A stretch of 63,502 nucleotides of DNA, the filler included, from Clostridiaceae bacterium (GTDB taxonomy: Bacteria; Bacillota; Clostridia; CAYPLH01; DUMO01): assembly GCA_012839865.1 (NCBI GenBank). It is 4 parts of 4 records of this genome, joined end to end, with 100 filler letters (N's around TTAATTAATTAA, not from the genome) between each part and the next. Parts side by side here need not be neighbours in the genome. Positions count along the whole stretch, not along the records: positions 1 to 13,209 come from DUMO01000049.1; positions 13,310 to 35,860 come from DUMO01000051.1; 2 more parts are not named here. The stretch is one strand, 5' to 3'. A program made the position numbers and the translations under genes. Shown here in pieces: positions 9,699-17,760 of the stretch; position 1 is the first letter of the stretch; every line of letters starts with the position of its first letter. The notes under the pieces were generated by a model. The model searched no databases and was not told the origin of the DNA. It saw only the letters and a list, made by a program, of their open reading frames with translations.

Positions 9699-11060
9699 TT
9701 ATATTTCCTCCCTGTGACTTGCCTTGCTGAATAATACGCCAATCAGCATTACTACTACAAATGTTATGAGGTACCATACAGCTGCCATACGATGAGCAAA
9801 ACATGCAGCAACCACCATGAACAGGCATCCCAAGATTGCCAGCACCGGTGCAACAAATCGTTGAAATGCCGTAAGATCCTTTTCTTTTTTCATCAACATT
9901 ATAAAAATCGGAATGTATGCTGCATAGATTGTAATAATGGGCAGCTCCGTCGTATCGAAGCTAAAAACCCCAAACCATGGTGATGCCGTAAGCTGTGCAC
10001 CGTAAAAATACAACAGCCATATGCCACATAAAAGCAAGCCAAGTATTGATGAATTGGTTGGCATATTTGTCACTTTATCAACCTGTTTGAAAGTGTCCGG
10101 TAAGGGACCCACATTACGTACAGCCAAAGCATATACACCACGGGTGCAGCCCAACATAAGGCCGTTTAAAGTGCCCAGGCAGGAAATTACAACAAACACG
10201 AAAAGTGCTGTTCCGCCGACCTTTGTGAATACTGTCTCGAAGGCCAGTTTGGCACCTTTTTCACCGTTCTCCATTAAAACCGAATTGCTTACTGCTCCCG
10301 ACAGGCCGATATAGTAAAGAATGTATGTAGCAATAATAATTAACGAACCAATAACAAGGGCTTTGGGAAGGTTCTTCTTTGAATCTTTTAATTCAGCATT
10401 TATTGAGGTTGCAATAATCCAACCTTCATAAGCAAAAGCAGTTGCTGTAACAGCAGTAAACAGCGCATTACCCGTGCTAACCTGAGAAACGGCAGTGGTA
10501 AAGTTTTCAACAGTCATTCCGGTAATCAAGCCCACAATTGTTCCTATTACAGCCATAAGATAGAGCGGAATCAGCTTGATTGTGGTTGTAGTTACCTGGA
10601 ATTTCCCTGCAAGCACCGGGGATAAGGCATTTATTGCATAACTTGCCACCAGATAAAACCCTGTAATCGCCATAGCCTCAGGTCCGACAATTGAAAAGCC
10701 GAACAGAACGCAGGTGTACCGGGCAGAGACCCAGGCCAATGCTCCTGTCAGAGTGGGGTAGTATATTATCGACATAAACCACCCTACATAGTAGCCGTAT
10801 TTTTTGCCCAGGGAGACCTCTGCATAGTCTACAATACCGTTGACATATTCGTACCTGGTGGCCATTATTGAAAATGCGTATGAGCATACGACCATAATCG
10901 CACCTCCGATAATCCATGCCAGGATGCCCAATGGCAGATTGCCTCCTGTTGCAGTCAGCACCTTTTCAGCCTTGAAAAATACGCCGCTTCCGATAACAAT
11001 TCCTACTACCATAGCTATAGCAGTAAATAAACCGTACTTCTTTTTCAAATTTGATTCCAA
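9699..11060 (-). CDS. APC family amino acid permease
   Basis: GIVIGSGVFF (TM1), FAYEGW (TM6), about 12 TM helices. Confidence 0.93.
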   Translation of the reverse strand: MESNLKKKYGLFTAIAMVVGIVIGSGVFFKAEKVLTATGGNLPLGILAWIIGGAIMVVCSYAFSIMATRYEYVNGIVDYAEVSLGKKYGYYVGWFMSIIYYPTLTGALAWVSARYTCVLFGFSIVGPEAMAITGFYLVASYAINALSPVLAGKFQVTTTTIKLIPLYLMAVIGTIVGLITGMTVENFTTAVSQVSTGNALFTAVTATAFAYEGWIIATSINAELKDSKKNLPKALVIGSLIIIATYILYYIGLSGAVSNSVLMENGEKGAKLAFETVFTKVGGTALFVFVVISCLGTLNGLMLGCTRGVYALAVRNVGPLPDTFKQVDKVTNMPTNSSILGLLLCGIWLLYFYGAQLTASPWFGVFSFDTTELPIITIYAAYIPIFIMLMKKEKDLTAFQRFVAPVLAILGCLFMVVAACFAHRMAAVWYLITFVVVMLIGVLFSKASHREEI

Positions 11061-11229
11061 TTGTTCATTCCACCTTTAATTAAAAAATAATGTATAAAAG
11101 CCAGGTTTATTTCCCTCCATGAGATGATGACCATCCAGTCATACAAACTCCAAAAAACCTGGAATAGTAGTATATAGCATAAATTGTATATCCTGAGTCA
11201 AATTCCTTCAAGACTGAATTTACAAAAAA

Positions 11230-12219
11230 TTATAAATATTGCATTATATCGCCCCAGCTCAAATTCTTTGCCAGGCGGTATTGCTCTTTGTTTTTCCGGG
11301 TTACAATTTTTTTCTCAATTCCGTTCCGATTGCAGACTTCAAATTCAATGAATCCCTTCCTTACCTGGGGATGCCGGATCACTCTTCCAAAAACTTGCTT
11401 CCCCTCAAGGCGCGAAACAGCTATATATGAAAATTTTTCATCTTCATATGAAAGCTCTCCCTTTTTGACCTGTCTGTGAAGTTTTGAACGGGAAATCCTT
11501 TGGGAAAAGTGACACCAATCTCCTGATGTTATCGGGCAATTCGTACTGTGGGGACATGGGGCTGCAATTATCCCGCCCTCTGCAATAATCAGTTCCCGGG
11601 CTTCTCTTATACGGGCAAACCCGGCCGGAGTCCCCGGTTCTATAATTATCAACATCCCGGTTGCAAGTTCCCAGAGTTTTTTTACAAAATCATTCCTTTG
11701 CTTTTCATTTATTTCCCCCAGAACATAAGAAGCCATCACCAGGTCATGTTTGGAAATGTCAAGTTCAGAAATGTCAGTATCCACAAGATCTATTTCCAGC
11801 CATTTTGCTTCATGGATAGGCTTTAGATCAGAGTAACCGGCCAACCTTTTACCCAGTTGAATCATGCTTTTTTCCCTTTCAAGCAAGGTATAGCTTTTTA
11901 ACCCTTTGTAAACTTCGGCGGCCGCCCACATTACGGTGCCAGGACCGGCTCCTGCATCAAGCAATGTATTGGGTTGCCATTCAGTGAGTATTTCTCTGAC
12001 CTGTTTTAGTACCGAATATGCTGCCGCATAGGTTGCCGGCATTCGAAATGCGGCATAAGCTTTTGCATCCTGTTGCGTTTTTATGAAACCCCTACCCCCT
12101 GACAGATTATCATTGCGATATCTGTCAGAAAGCTCAAGTACCGTTTTTGCAAGCTCTTTTGGGGGTGTCCCGGAAGTCTCGGATTCCAACGCATTTTTCA
12201 AGTCATCAGGAAGTAACAC
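11230..12219 (-). CDS. Rsm22/METTL17-like SAM-dependent methyltransferase
   Basis: AYAAFRMPATY, LDAGAGPGT, IIEPGTPAGF, APCPH..CP...WCHF, YEDEKFSY. Confidence 0.88.
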   Translation of the reverse strand: MLLPDDLKNALESETSGTPPKELAKTVLELSDRYRNDNLSGGRGFIKTQQDAKAYAAFRMPATYAAAYSVLKQVREILTEWQPNTLLDAGAGPGTVMWAAAEVYKGLKSYTLLEREKSMIQLGKRLAGYSDLKPIHEAKWLEIDLVDTDISELDISKHDLVMASYVLGEINEKQRNDFVKKLWELATGMLIIIEPGTPAGFARIREARELIIAEGGIIAAPCPHSTNCPITSGDWCHFSQRISRSKLHRQVKKGELSYEDEKFSYIAVSRLEGKQVFGRVIRHPQVRKGFIEFEVCNRNGIEKKIVTRKNKEQYRLAKNLSWGDIMQYL

Positions 12220-12249
12220 GTATCGGACTTCTCCTTATCAATGTAATTC

Positions 12250-12290
12250 AACACACCACCACCTGAACAGGACTCGGTGGGGTGTTTTAT
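12250..12290. terminator. Intrinsic terminator between the P-II gene and the methyltransferase
   Basis: ACACCACCACC...GGTGGGGTGT stem with flanking A/T runs. Confidence 0.5.
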
Positions 12291-12366
12291 TCATCAACGA
12301 TATTGACCAAGGGATCAGACGTAAATTGCTCCCGGTCTTACTTTTCATGCAATAAACCAAAATGGC

Positions 12367-13032
12367 TTATCTATATAAGCCATAGGTTTTGTTTACATCC
12401 TGTACAAATATTATTCCCTTTCCAGGTTCATCTATTTTCAAATGTTCCCGGATGGATGAAATAATTGCTTCCGTCTTGTCAGCTTCGGAAAGAATCAGCA
12501 CAATATCCTTCTCAGGCTCAATATCCATATTGAACAGTTTGCTTGTTTCATGGATGCCGGAACCTCGGCCATGTATGACCGTTGCTCCCTTTGAACCCGC
12601 CATTTTTGCAGCTTCTATTACATCATCCGCCCTGCCTTTATCAACAATGGTTGTAATTGCATGATACATAATTTCCTCTGCACCTCTTTCATGTGAAATA
12701 CATTCATTATTAATACTGCTTAGCCCATACGCACCACAAAGTGAAATGGTAAATGCTATGCCATGATTAGGTTTTTCGAATTTGAACTCCTCATCAAGTT
12801 TTTTCAAGGCTTGATATGCTGTATCTCTATTGGCTACCATATATACGATCTCTTTTCTTACATCCGACAGCCCTAAAAAATCTAAAATTCTGCTATTGAC
12901 GGTACCTCTTCCCAAAAGCACGGTACCTCCTGATATACCGTTTCGCTTGGCTGCTTGAATCAGCCTGCTGCCTAATCCAAAATTTACAATTATGCATATC
13001 AATTCTACATTACCTGGAGAGCTGCTATTCAT
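12367..13032 (-). CDS. P-II/GlnB-like protein with two tandem P-II domains
   Basis: Two repeats: AAKRNGISGGTVLLGRGT and AAKMAGSKGATVIHGRGSG...PGKGIIFVQDV. Confidence 0.85.
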   Translation of the reverse strand: MNSSSPGNVELICIIVNFGLGSRLIQAAKRNGISGGTVLLGRGTVNSRILDFLGLSDVRKEIVYMVANRDTAYQALKKLDEEFKFEKPNHGIAFTISLCGAYGLSSINNECISHERGAEEIMYHAITTIVDKGRADDVIEAAKMAGSKGATVIHGRGSGIHETSKLFNMDIEPEKDIVLILSEADKTEAIISSIREHLKIDEPGKGIIFVQDVNKTYGLYR

Positions 13033-13209
13033 TGGTCTTTATTCCTCCTTTTTTAGATTTTACCTTGTATATAAAACCTAATATTTGAAGAGCGATCAAA
13101 GGGGTCATTGCAACCATGGCGATTACTCCAAACCCGTCAACCATGACATTTGCCCCCTCTATGGCTTCTGCCGCTCCTTGCGCAAAGGCAAGTATAAAGG
13201 TGGCAGTCA
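13025..13209 (-). CDS. DUF1538 family membrane protein, C-terminal part only (cut by gap)
   Basis: Manual translation TATFILAFAQGAAEAIEGANVMVDGFGVIAMVAMTPLIALQILG; stop overlaps the P-II start. Confidence 0.8.
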
Positions 13210-13309
13210 NNNNNNNNNNNNNNNNNNNNNNNNNNNNNNNNNNNNNNNNNNNNTTAATTAATTAANNNNNNNNNNNNNNNNNNNNNNNNNNNNNNNNNNN
13301 NNNNNNNNN
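13210..13309. other. Artificial contig spacer
   Basis: N run with TTAATTAATTAA at 13254-13265. Confidence 0.97.
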
Positions 13310-13512
13310 AACTATTATACATTTTTTTTGGGGGTATTACAAAGAAAAAATCTGTTTATTAATTTTTTAATACAAGTTAACAGTAAGCCATATTTTTGTA
13401 ACACCTTTTATACTGCTCTGGGAACTGTAAACAACTTTATGCATCACTTCCATCATCATTTGGCTATAATAAAACCAATAATAATTTGGTGTAAAATTGA
13501 GTTTTCTATTTA

Positions 13513-13541
13513 TTGCATTTAATTCTGAGGTAAGATATAAT
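13513..13541 (+). promoter_or_regulatory. Sigma-A promoter of the carboxyltransferase operon
   Basis: TTGCAT-N17-TATAAT; predicted TSS near 13548, about 260 nt before the ATG. Confidence 0.75.
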
Positions 13542-13661
13542 TAAATGGATTATTGCCTGGTAGTAGAAAAGCTTTGGCAAAAAGCCGGACAGCCTATACA
13601 AATTATCTGCTATCGGTACGAAGATAATTTACATGGTTGTTGTTCAGTACCGTGACCAGCC

Positions 13662-13719
13662 AGCTTTTTCGGGAGGATTGACAATTTGGCAGTTAGCCTG
13701 AAAGTGTGCCGGACGAGCT
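13662..13719 (+). ncRNA. Probable Na+-I (DUF1646-motif) riboswitch aptamer
   Basis: P1 AGCTTTTTCGG/CCGGACGAGCT (10 of 11 pairs); P2 GG(A)TTGAC/GTTAGCC; junction TGAAAGTGTG; resembles the DUF1646 consensus as I recall it; decarboxylase-type gene context; not verified against Rfam. Confidence 0.6.
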
Positions 13720-13734
13720 AAAAAAATAATTGTT

Positions 13735-13757
13735 ATCACCTGCCAGGTGGTTTTTTT
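13735..13757 (+). terminator. Leader (attenuator) terminator upstream of the carboxyltransferase gene
   Basis: ATCACCT-GCC-AGGTGGT followed by T7, about 50 nt before the start codon. Confidence 0.7.
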
Positions 13758-13808
13758 AAAATTAGGGATTGTTAAATATAAAACAAATATGATTAGAGGT
13801 GGAATCCG

Positions 13809-15359
13809 ATGGCGAAAACTGACAAGATAAATGAGCTATATGAAAGAAGAAAACAACTTGAACTTGGCGGTGGTTTAGATAAGCAGGAACAGCGCCGTCA
13901 AGCCGGTAAGATGACTGCACGGGAAAGAATCGAAACACTGCTAGATGCAGGCAGCTTTGTGGAACTTGATTCTTTTGTTGAAACCAGGTCTACTGATTTC
14001 GGCATGCAAAGTAAGAAAATTCCGGGAGATGGTGTAATAACCGGTTATGGAACAATTGATGGCAGACCGGTTTGTCTTGCATCTCAAGACTTCACTGTTA
14101 TAGGCGGAAGTCTTGGGGAAGCCCATGCAAAGAAAATTGTAAAGGTTATGGACATGGCTATGAAAATGGGTGTACCATTCATCAGTATCAACGATTCCGG
14201 TGGTGCGAGAATTCATGAAGGTATTCATGCTCTTTCAGGGTATGCCGACATTTTCTTAAGGAATACACTTGCATCAGGTGTAATCCCGCAGATTTCCGTA
14301 ATTATGGGGCCATGTGCCGGTGGTGCATGCTACTCCCCTGCAATAACAGACTTTATATTTATGGTAGAGAAGCAAGGACAGATGTATATTACCGGCAACG
14401 AAGTTGTAAAAGCTGTTACCGGTGAAGATGTAACTCTTGAGGAGCTTGGCGGAGCACAGGTTCACAACTCGGTAAGCGGTGTAGCTCATTTCAACTGCAG
14501 TTCTGAAAAGGAATGCATCAATGATATTAAGACCCTTTTAAGTTTACTTCCTGACAACAACTTATCTGACACACCGAGCTATCAGGTAACAGACGATTTG
14601 AACAGAATTGCAGAAGATATGATAAACATTATTCCGGATGAATCAAACAAAGCCTACAACATGATGGAAATTATAACCCGCGTGGTGGACAACGGTTTCT
14701 TCTTTGAAGTTCAAAAACATTTTGCAAAGAATATAATCGTAGGTTTCGGAAGAATCAATGGAAGCACAATCGGTATTGTAGCAAATCAGCCTAATGTAAT
14801 GGCAGGAGCCCTTGATGTCAACTCTTCAGACAAGGCTGCAAGGTTTGTAAGATTTTGCGATTGCTTCAACATTCCCCTTGTTACATTTACTGATGTTCCA
14901 GCATTTTTACCGGGTGTAGGACAGGAACACAGCGGCATAATAAGGCATGGAGCCAAACTGTTGTACGCTTTCGCAGAAGCTACGGTTCCAAAAATAAATA
15001 TAATCGTAAGAAAGGCTTATGGCGGCGCATATATAGCCATGAACAGCAAAACTTTAGGCGCAGATGTGGTTTATGCATGGCCTACTGCCGAAATAGCGGT
15101 AATGGGTGCTGAAGGCGCGGCAAACATTATTTTCAGGAAAGAAATTGCTGAAGCTTCTGATCCTATTGCAAAAAGGAAGGAAAAAATTGAAGAATACAGG
15201 ACCAAGTTCTCCAATCCTTACGTTGCTGCTGCAGGCGGCTATGTAGATGATGTAATAGACCCTGCCCATACAAGATCAAGGATTGCCAGCGCTTTGGAAA
15301 TGCTTAGGAGTAAAAGAGAAAACCGCCCGGCCAAGAAACACGGCAACATACCGTTATAA
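13809..15359 (+). CDS. Acyl-CoA carboxyltransferase (MmdA / PccB / transcarboxylase 12S-like)
   Basis: GKMTARERI, PGDGVITG, DSGGARIHEG, GPCAGGA, RKAYGGAY, KKHGNIPL. Confidence 0.95.
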   Translation: MAKTDKINELYERRKQLELGGGLDKQEQRRQAGKMTARERIETLLDAGSFVELDSFVETRSTDFGMQSKKIPGDGVITGYGTIDGRPVCLASQDFTVIGGSLGEAHAKKIVKVMDMAMKMGVPFISINDSGGARIHEGIHALSGYADIFLRNTLASGVIPQISVIMGPCAGGACYSPAITDFIFMVEKQGQMYITGNEVVKAVTGEDVTLEELGGAQVHNSVSGVAHFNCSSEKECINDIKTLLSLLPDNNLSDTPSYQVTDDLNRIAEDMINIIPDESNKAYNMMEIITRVVDNGFFFEVQKHFAKNIIVGFGRINGSTIGIVANQPNVMAGALDVNSSDKAARFVRFCDCFNIPLVTFTDVPAFLPGVGQEHSGIIRHGAKLLYAFAEATVPKINIIVRKAYGGAYIAMNSKTLGADVVYAWPTAEIAVMGAEGAANIIFRKEIAEASDPIAKRKEKIEEYRTKFSNPYVAAAGGYVDDVIDPAHTRSRIASALEMLRSKRENRPAKKHGNIPL

Positions 15360-15577
15360 GGGATCATTCCCGAAGCAGCAAGGCACCTTTTGTCATGCTC
15401 TTGTTTTAACTGCCTTCGGGGAGGTCTGATACCAGGCTGCACCAAAGCCAAGTCAAAATAAATTTCTATTGCGGCTTGACTGCCATAAAACCAGTTTACT
15501 GGAGTAATCACAGGTTTTATTGATTACATTGGCAGCCTTATCCGGGAAAACCAATTTTAGTTTTATTGGAGGTTCTT

Positions 15578-15763
15578 ATGGGTAATAACAAATCAGGTGT
15601 AAGTGATGATAAATTAATAGCAGCAATTGCCGCTGCATTATCCTTTGTTAGCGTCAAACCGGGATATTCACTTTATGTAAGGTCATACAGGCGTATTCCC
15701 CAGGGTACATCCGTCTGGAACAATACAGGAAGAGAAGAAGTTTTATGGAGTTCAAGAATATAA
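15578..15763 (+). CDS. Small OadG/MmdD C-terminal-like subunit without a TM helix
   Basis: DDKLIAAIAAAL...VRSYRR...WNNTGR motif; GGAGG RBS. Confidence 0.7.
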   Translation: MGNNKSGVSDDKLIAAIAAALSFVSVKPGYSLYVRSYRRIPQGTSVWNNTGREEVLWSSRI

Positions 15764-15808
15764 TTAATTTTTAGATTACTTATTTAAAAAGTTCAAAGGA
15801 GGATTAAC

Positions 15809-16237
15809 ATGAGAAAATTTTTAATAAAAGTCAACGGTACCCAGTATGAAGTTGAAGTTGAGGAGGTAAACACCTCTGGAAGTTATACACCATCCCCTGC
15901 TCAGGTATATACTCCCGCTCCCGCCACAGCTGCACCGGCATCAGCTCCCGCTGCACCAGCTGCACCGGCTGCTGAACCGGTCCAAATGCCTGCAGCTCCA
16001 AAAGCAGTTGAAGCACCTGCCGGCGCAAGGAAAGTTGTTGCTCCAATGCCGGGAACAATCTTGAGAGTTGATGTAAGCTCAGGCACTGCAGTTAAGAAAG
16101 GTCAGGTTATTTTGATACTGGAAGCAATGAAAATGGAAAACGAAATTGTTGCTCCACAGGACGGCACAATAGCTTCTGTCCATGTCGACAGGGGTGCATC
16201 TGTAAACGCCGGAGATGTACTGGTCACAATATCATAA
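15809..16237 (+). CDS. Biotin carboxyl carrier protein (MmdC-like)
   Basis: MRKFLIKVNG N-terminus, Ala/Pro linker, EAMKMENE biotinylation motif. Confidence 0.95.
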   Translation: MRKFLIKVNGTQYEVEVEEVNTSGSYTPSPAQVYTPAPATAAPASAPAAPAAPAAEPVQMPAAPKAVEAPAGARKVVAPMPGTILRVDVSSGTAVKKGQVILILEAMKMENEIVAPQDGTIASVHVDRGASVNAGDVLVTIS

Positions 16238-16283
16238 GTTGCAAACAGCTGCAAAAAAATTCGTAGAAAAAGGAGGAAATGAC

Positions 16284-17681
16284 ATGGCAAAAGTAAAGAT
16301 ATGCGATACAATTTTAAGAGATGCCCACCAATCGCTGGCCGCCACAAGAATGAGAACCGAAGACATGTATCCGGCTCTTGAAGATCTTGACAAGGTTGGG
16401 TATTTTGCTCTTGAGTGCTGGGGTGGAGCTACATTTGATTCCTGCCTTAGATATCTTAACGAAGACCCATGGGAGAGGCTAAGGATTATCCGCGATAAAG
16501 TCAAGAATACCAAACTGATGATGCTTTTAAGAGGTCAGAATATTCTTGGTTATAAACATTACCCCGATGATGTGGTGGAGTATTTTATACAAAAATCAGT
16601 GGCAAACGGTATGGATATTTTCAGGATTTTTGATGCCTTCAATGACACAAGAAATATCCGGACAGCAATGAAAGCCTGCAAAAAAGAAGGTGCTCATGCC
16701 CAGGCAGCTTTTTGCTATACCACCAGCCCGGTACACAGCAATGAATATTTTGTAAAGCTTTCCAAGGAACTTGTTGAAATGGGTGCAGACTCCCTTTGCA
16801 TCAAGGATATGGCCGGTTTGCTGCTTCCCTATACAGCTTATGAGCTTGTAAAGGCACTGAAGGAAAATGTTAAAATCCCTATCCACCTTCATACACACTA
16901 TTCCAGTGGAGTAGCTTCCATGACTCTTTTAAAGGCAATTGAAGCAGGAGTTGATATTGTTGACTGTGCTTTGTCTCCCCTTGCGATGGGCACATCACAG
17001 CCACCTACCGAGTCATTGGTTGCAACCCTTCAGGGAACTGAATATGATACCGGCCTTGACCTTACTCTGCTCTGCAATATAGCCGAATATTTCAAACCGG
17101 TAAGGGAAGAGTTGATAAAGAAGGGCATTATGGATCCCAAAGTTATGGGTGTCGATGTCAAAGCCCTTATATATCAGGTTCCCGGGGGAATGCTGTCCAA
17201 TCTTGTTTCACAGCTTAAGCAGGCAAACAAGCTGGATAAATTCAGTGAAGTGCTGGAAGAGGTTCCAAGAGTCAGAAAGGATTTCGGTTATCCGCCTCTT
17301 GTTACTCCATCAAGCCAGATTGTTGGTACCCAGGCAGTTTTGAACGTAATTTCCGGCGAAAGATACAAAATGGTTTCGAAGGAATCAAAGAGCCTTGTAA
17401 AAGGTGAATATGGCAGAACTCCGGCACCCATCGACCCTGAATTCCAAAAGAAAATTCTCGGAGATGAAAAGCCGATTACCGAAAGACCGGCAGACTTTCT
17501 TGAACCCGGACTGGAAAACTTCAAGAAGGAAATGGCAGAGTACATGGAACAGGACGAGGATGTTCTCTCCTATGCACTCTTCCCGCAGGTTGCCGAGAAA
17601 TTTTTCAAATACCGTCAGGCAAAAAAATATAAGATTGACAGCGGCATGGTAGACTATGAAAATCAGATACATCCCGTGTAA
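16284..17681 (+). CDS. Oxaloacetate decarboxylase alpha / pyruvate carboxyltransferase (transcarboxylase 5S-like), no fused biotin domain
   Basis: RDAHQSL, WGGATFD, IKDMAG, HLHTH, PGGMLSNL, VTPSSQIVG; ATG 16284 after GGAGG. Confidence 0.93.
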   Translation: MAKVKICDTILRDAHQSLAATRMRTEDMYPALEDLDKVGYFALECWGGATFDSCLRYLNEDPWERLRIIRDKVKNTKLMMLLRGQNILGYKHYPDDVVEYFIQKSVANGMDIFRIFDAFNDTRNIRTAMKACKKEGAHAQAAFCYTTSPVHSNEYFVKLSKELVEMGADSLCIKDMAGLLLPYTAYELVKALKENVKIPIHLHTHYSSGVASMTLLKAIEAGVDIVDCALSPLAMGTSQPPTESLVATLQGTEYDTGLDLTLLCNIAEYFKPVREELIKKGIMDPKVMGVDVKALIYQVPGGMLSNLVSQLKQANKLDKFSEVLEEVPRVRKDFGYPPLVTPSSQIVGTQAVLNVISGERYKMVSKESKSLVKGEYGRTPAPIDPEFQKKILGDEKPITERPADFLEPGLENFKKEMAEYMEQDEDVLSYALFPQVAEKFFKYRQAKKYKIDSGMVDYENQIHPV

Positions 17682-17760
17682 TGTGACATCTGCCTTGACA
17701 AAGGCCGGGATAAACAAAAACAGCTGAACTTGCTCCACATGCAACATGCATGGCAAAATA

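Noticed and set aside
13254..13265. TTAATTAATTAA palindrome inside N runs (also at 35905 and 55388)
   Set aside because: Identical six-frame-stop linker centred in 100-nt spacers; an assembly artefact. Cross-gap gene adjacency was therefore not interpreted.
13548..13757. Lysine riboswitch or T-box interpretation of the leader
   Set aside because: It has a kissing loop and a 3' GAGCTA but lacks the AGAGG, AGUA loop-E and GCCGAA elements; CAGTACCGTG only weakly resembles a T-box and there is no stem I or specifier; the gene context also does not fit.
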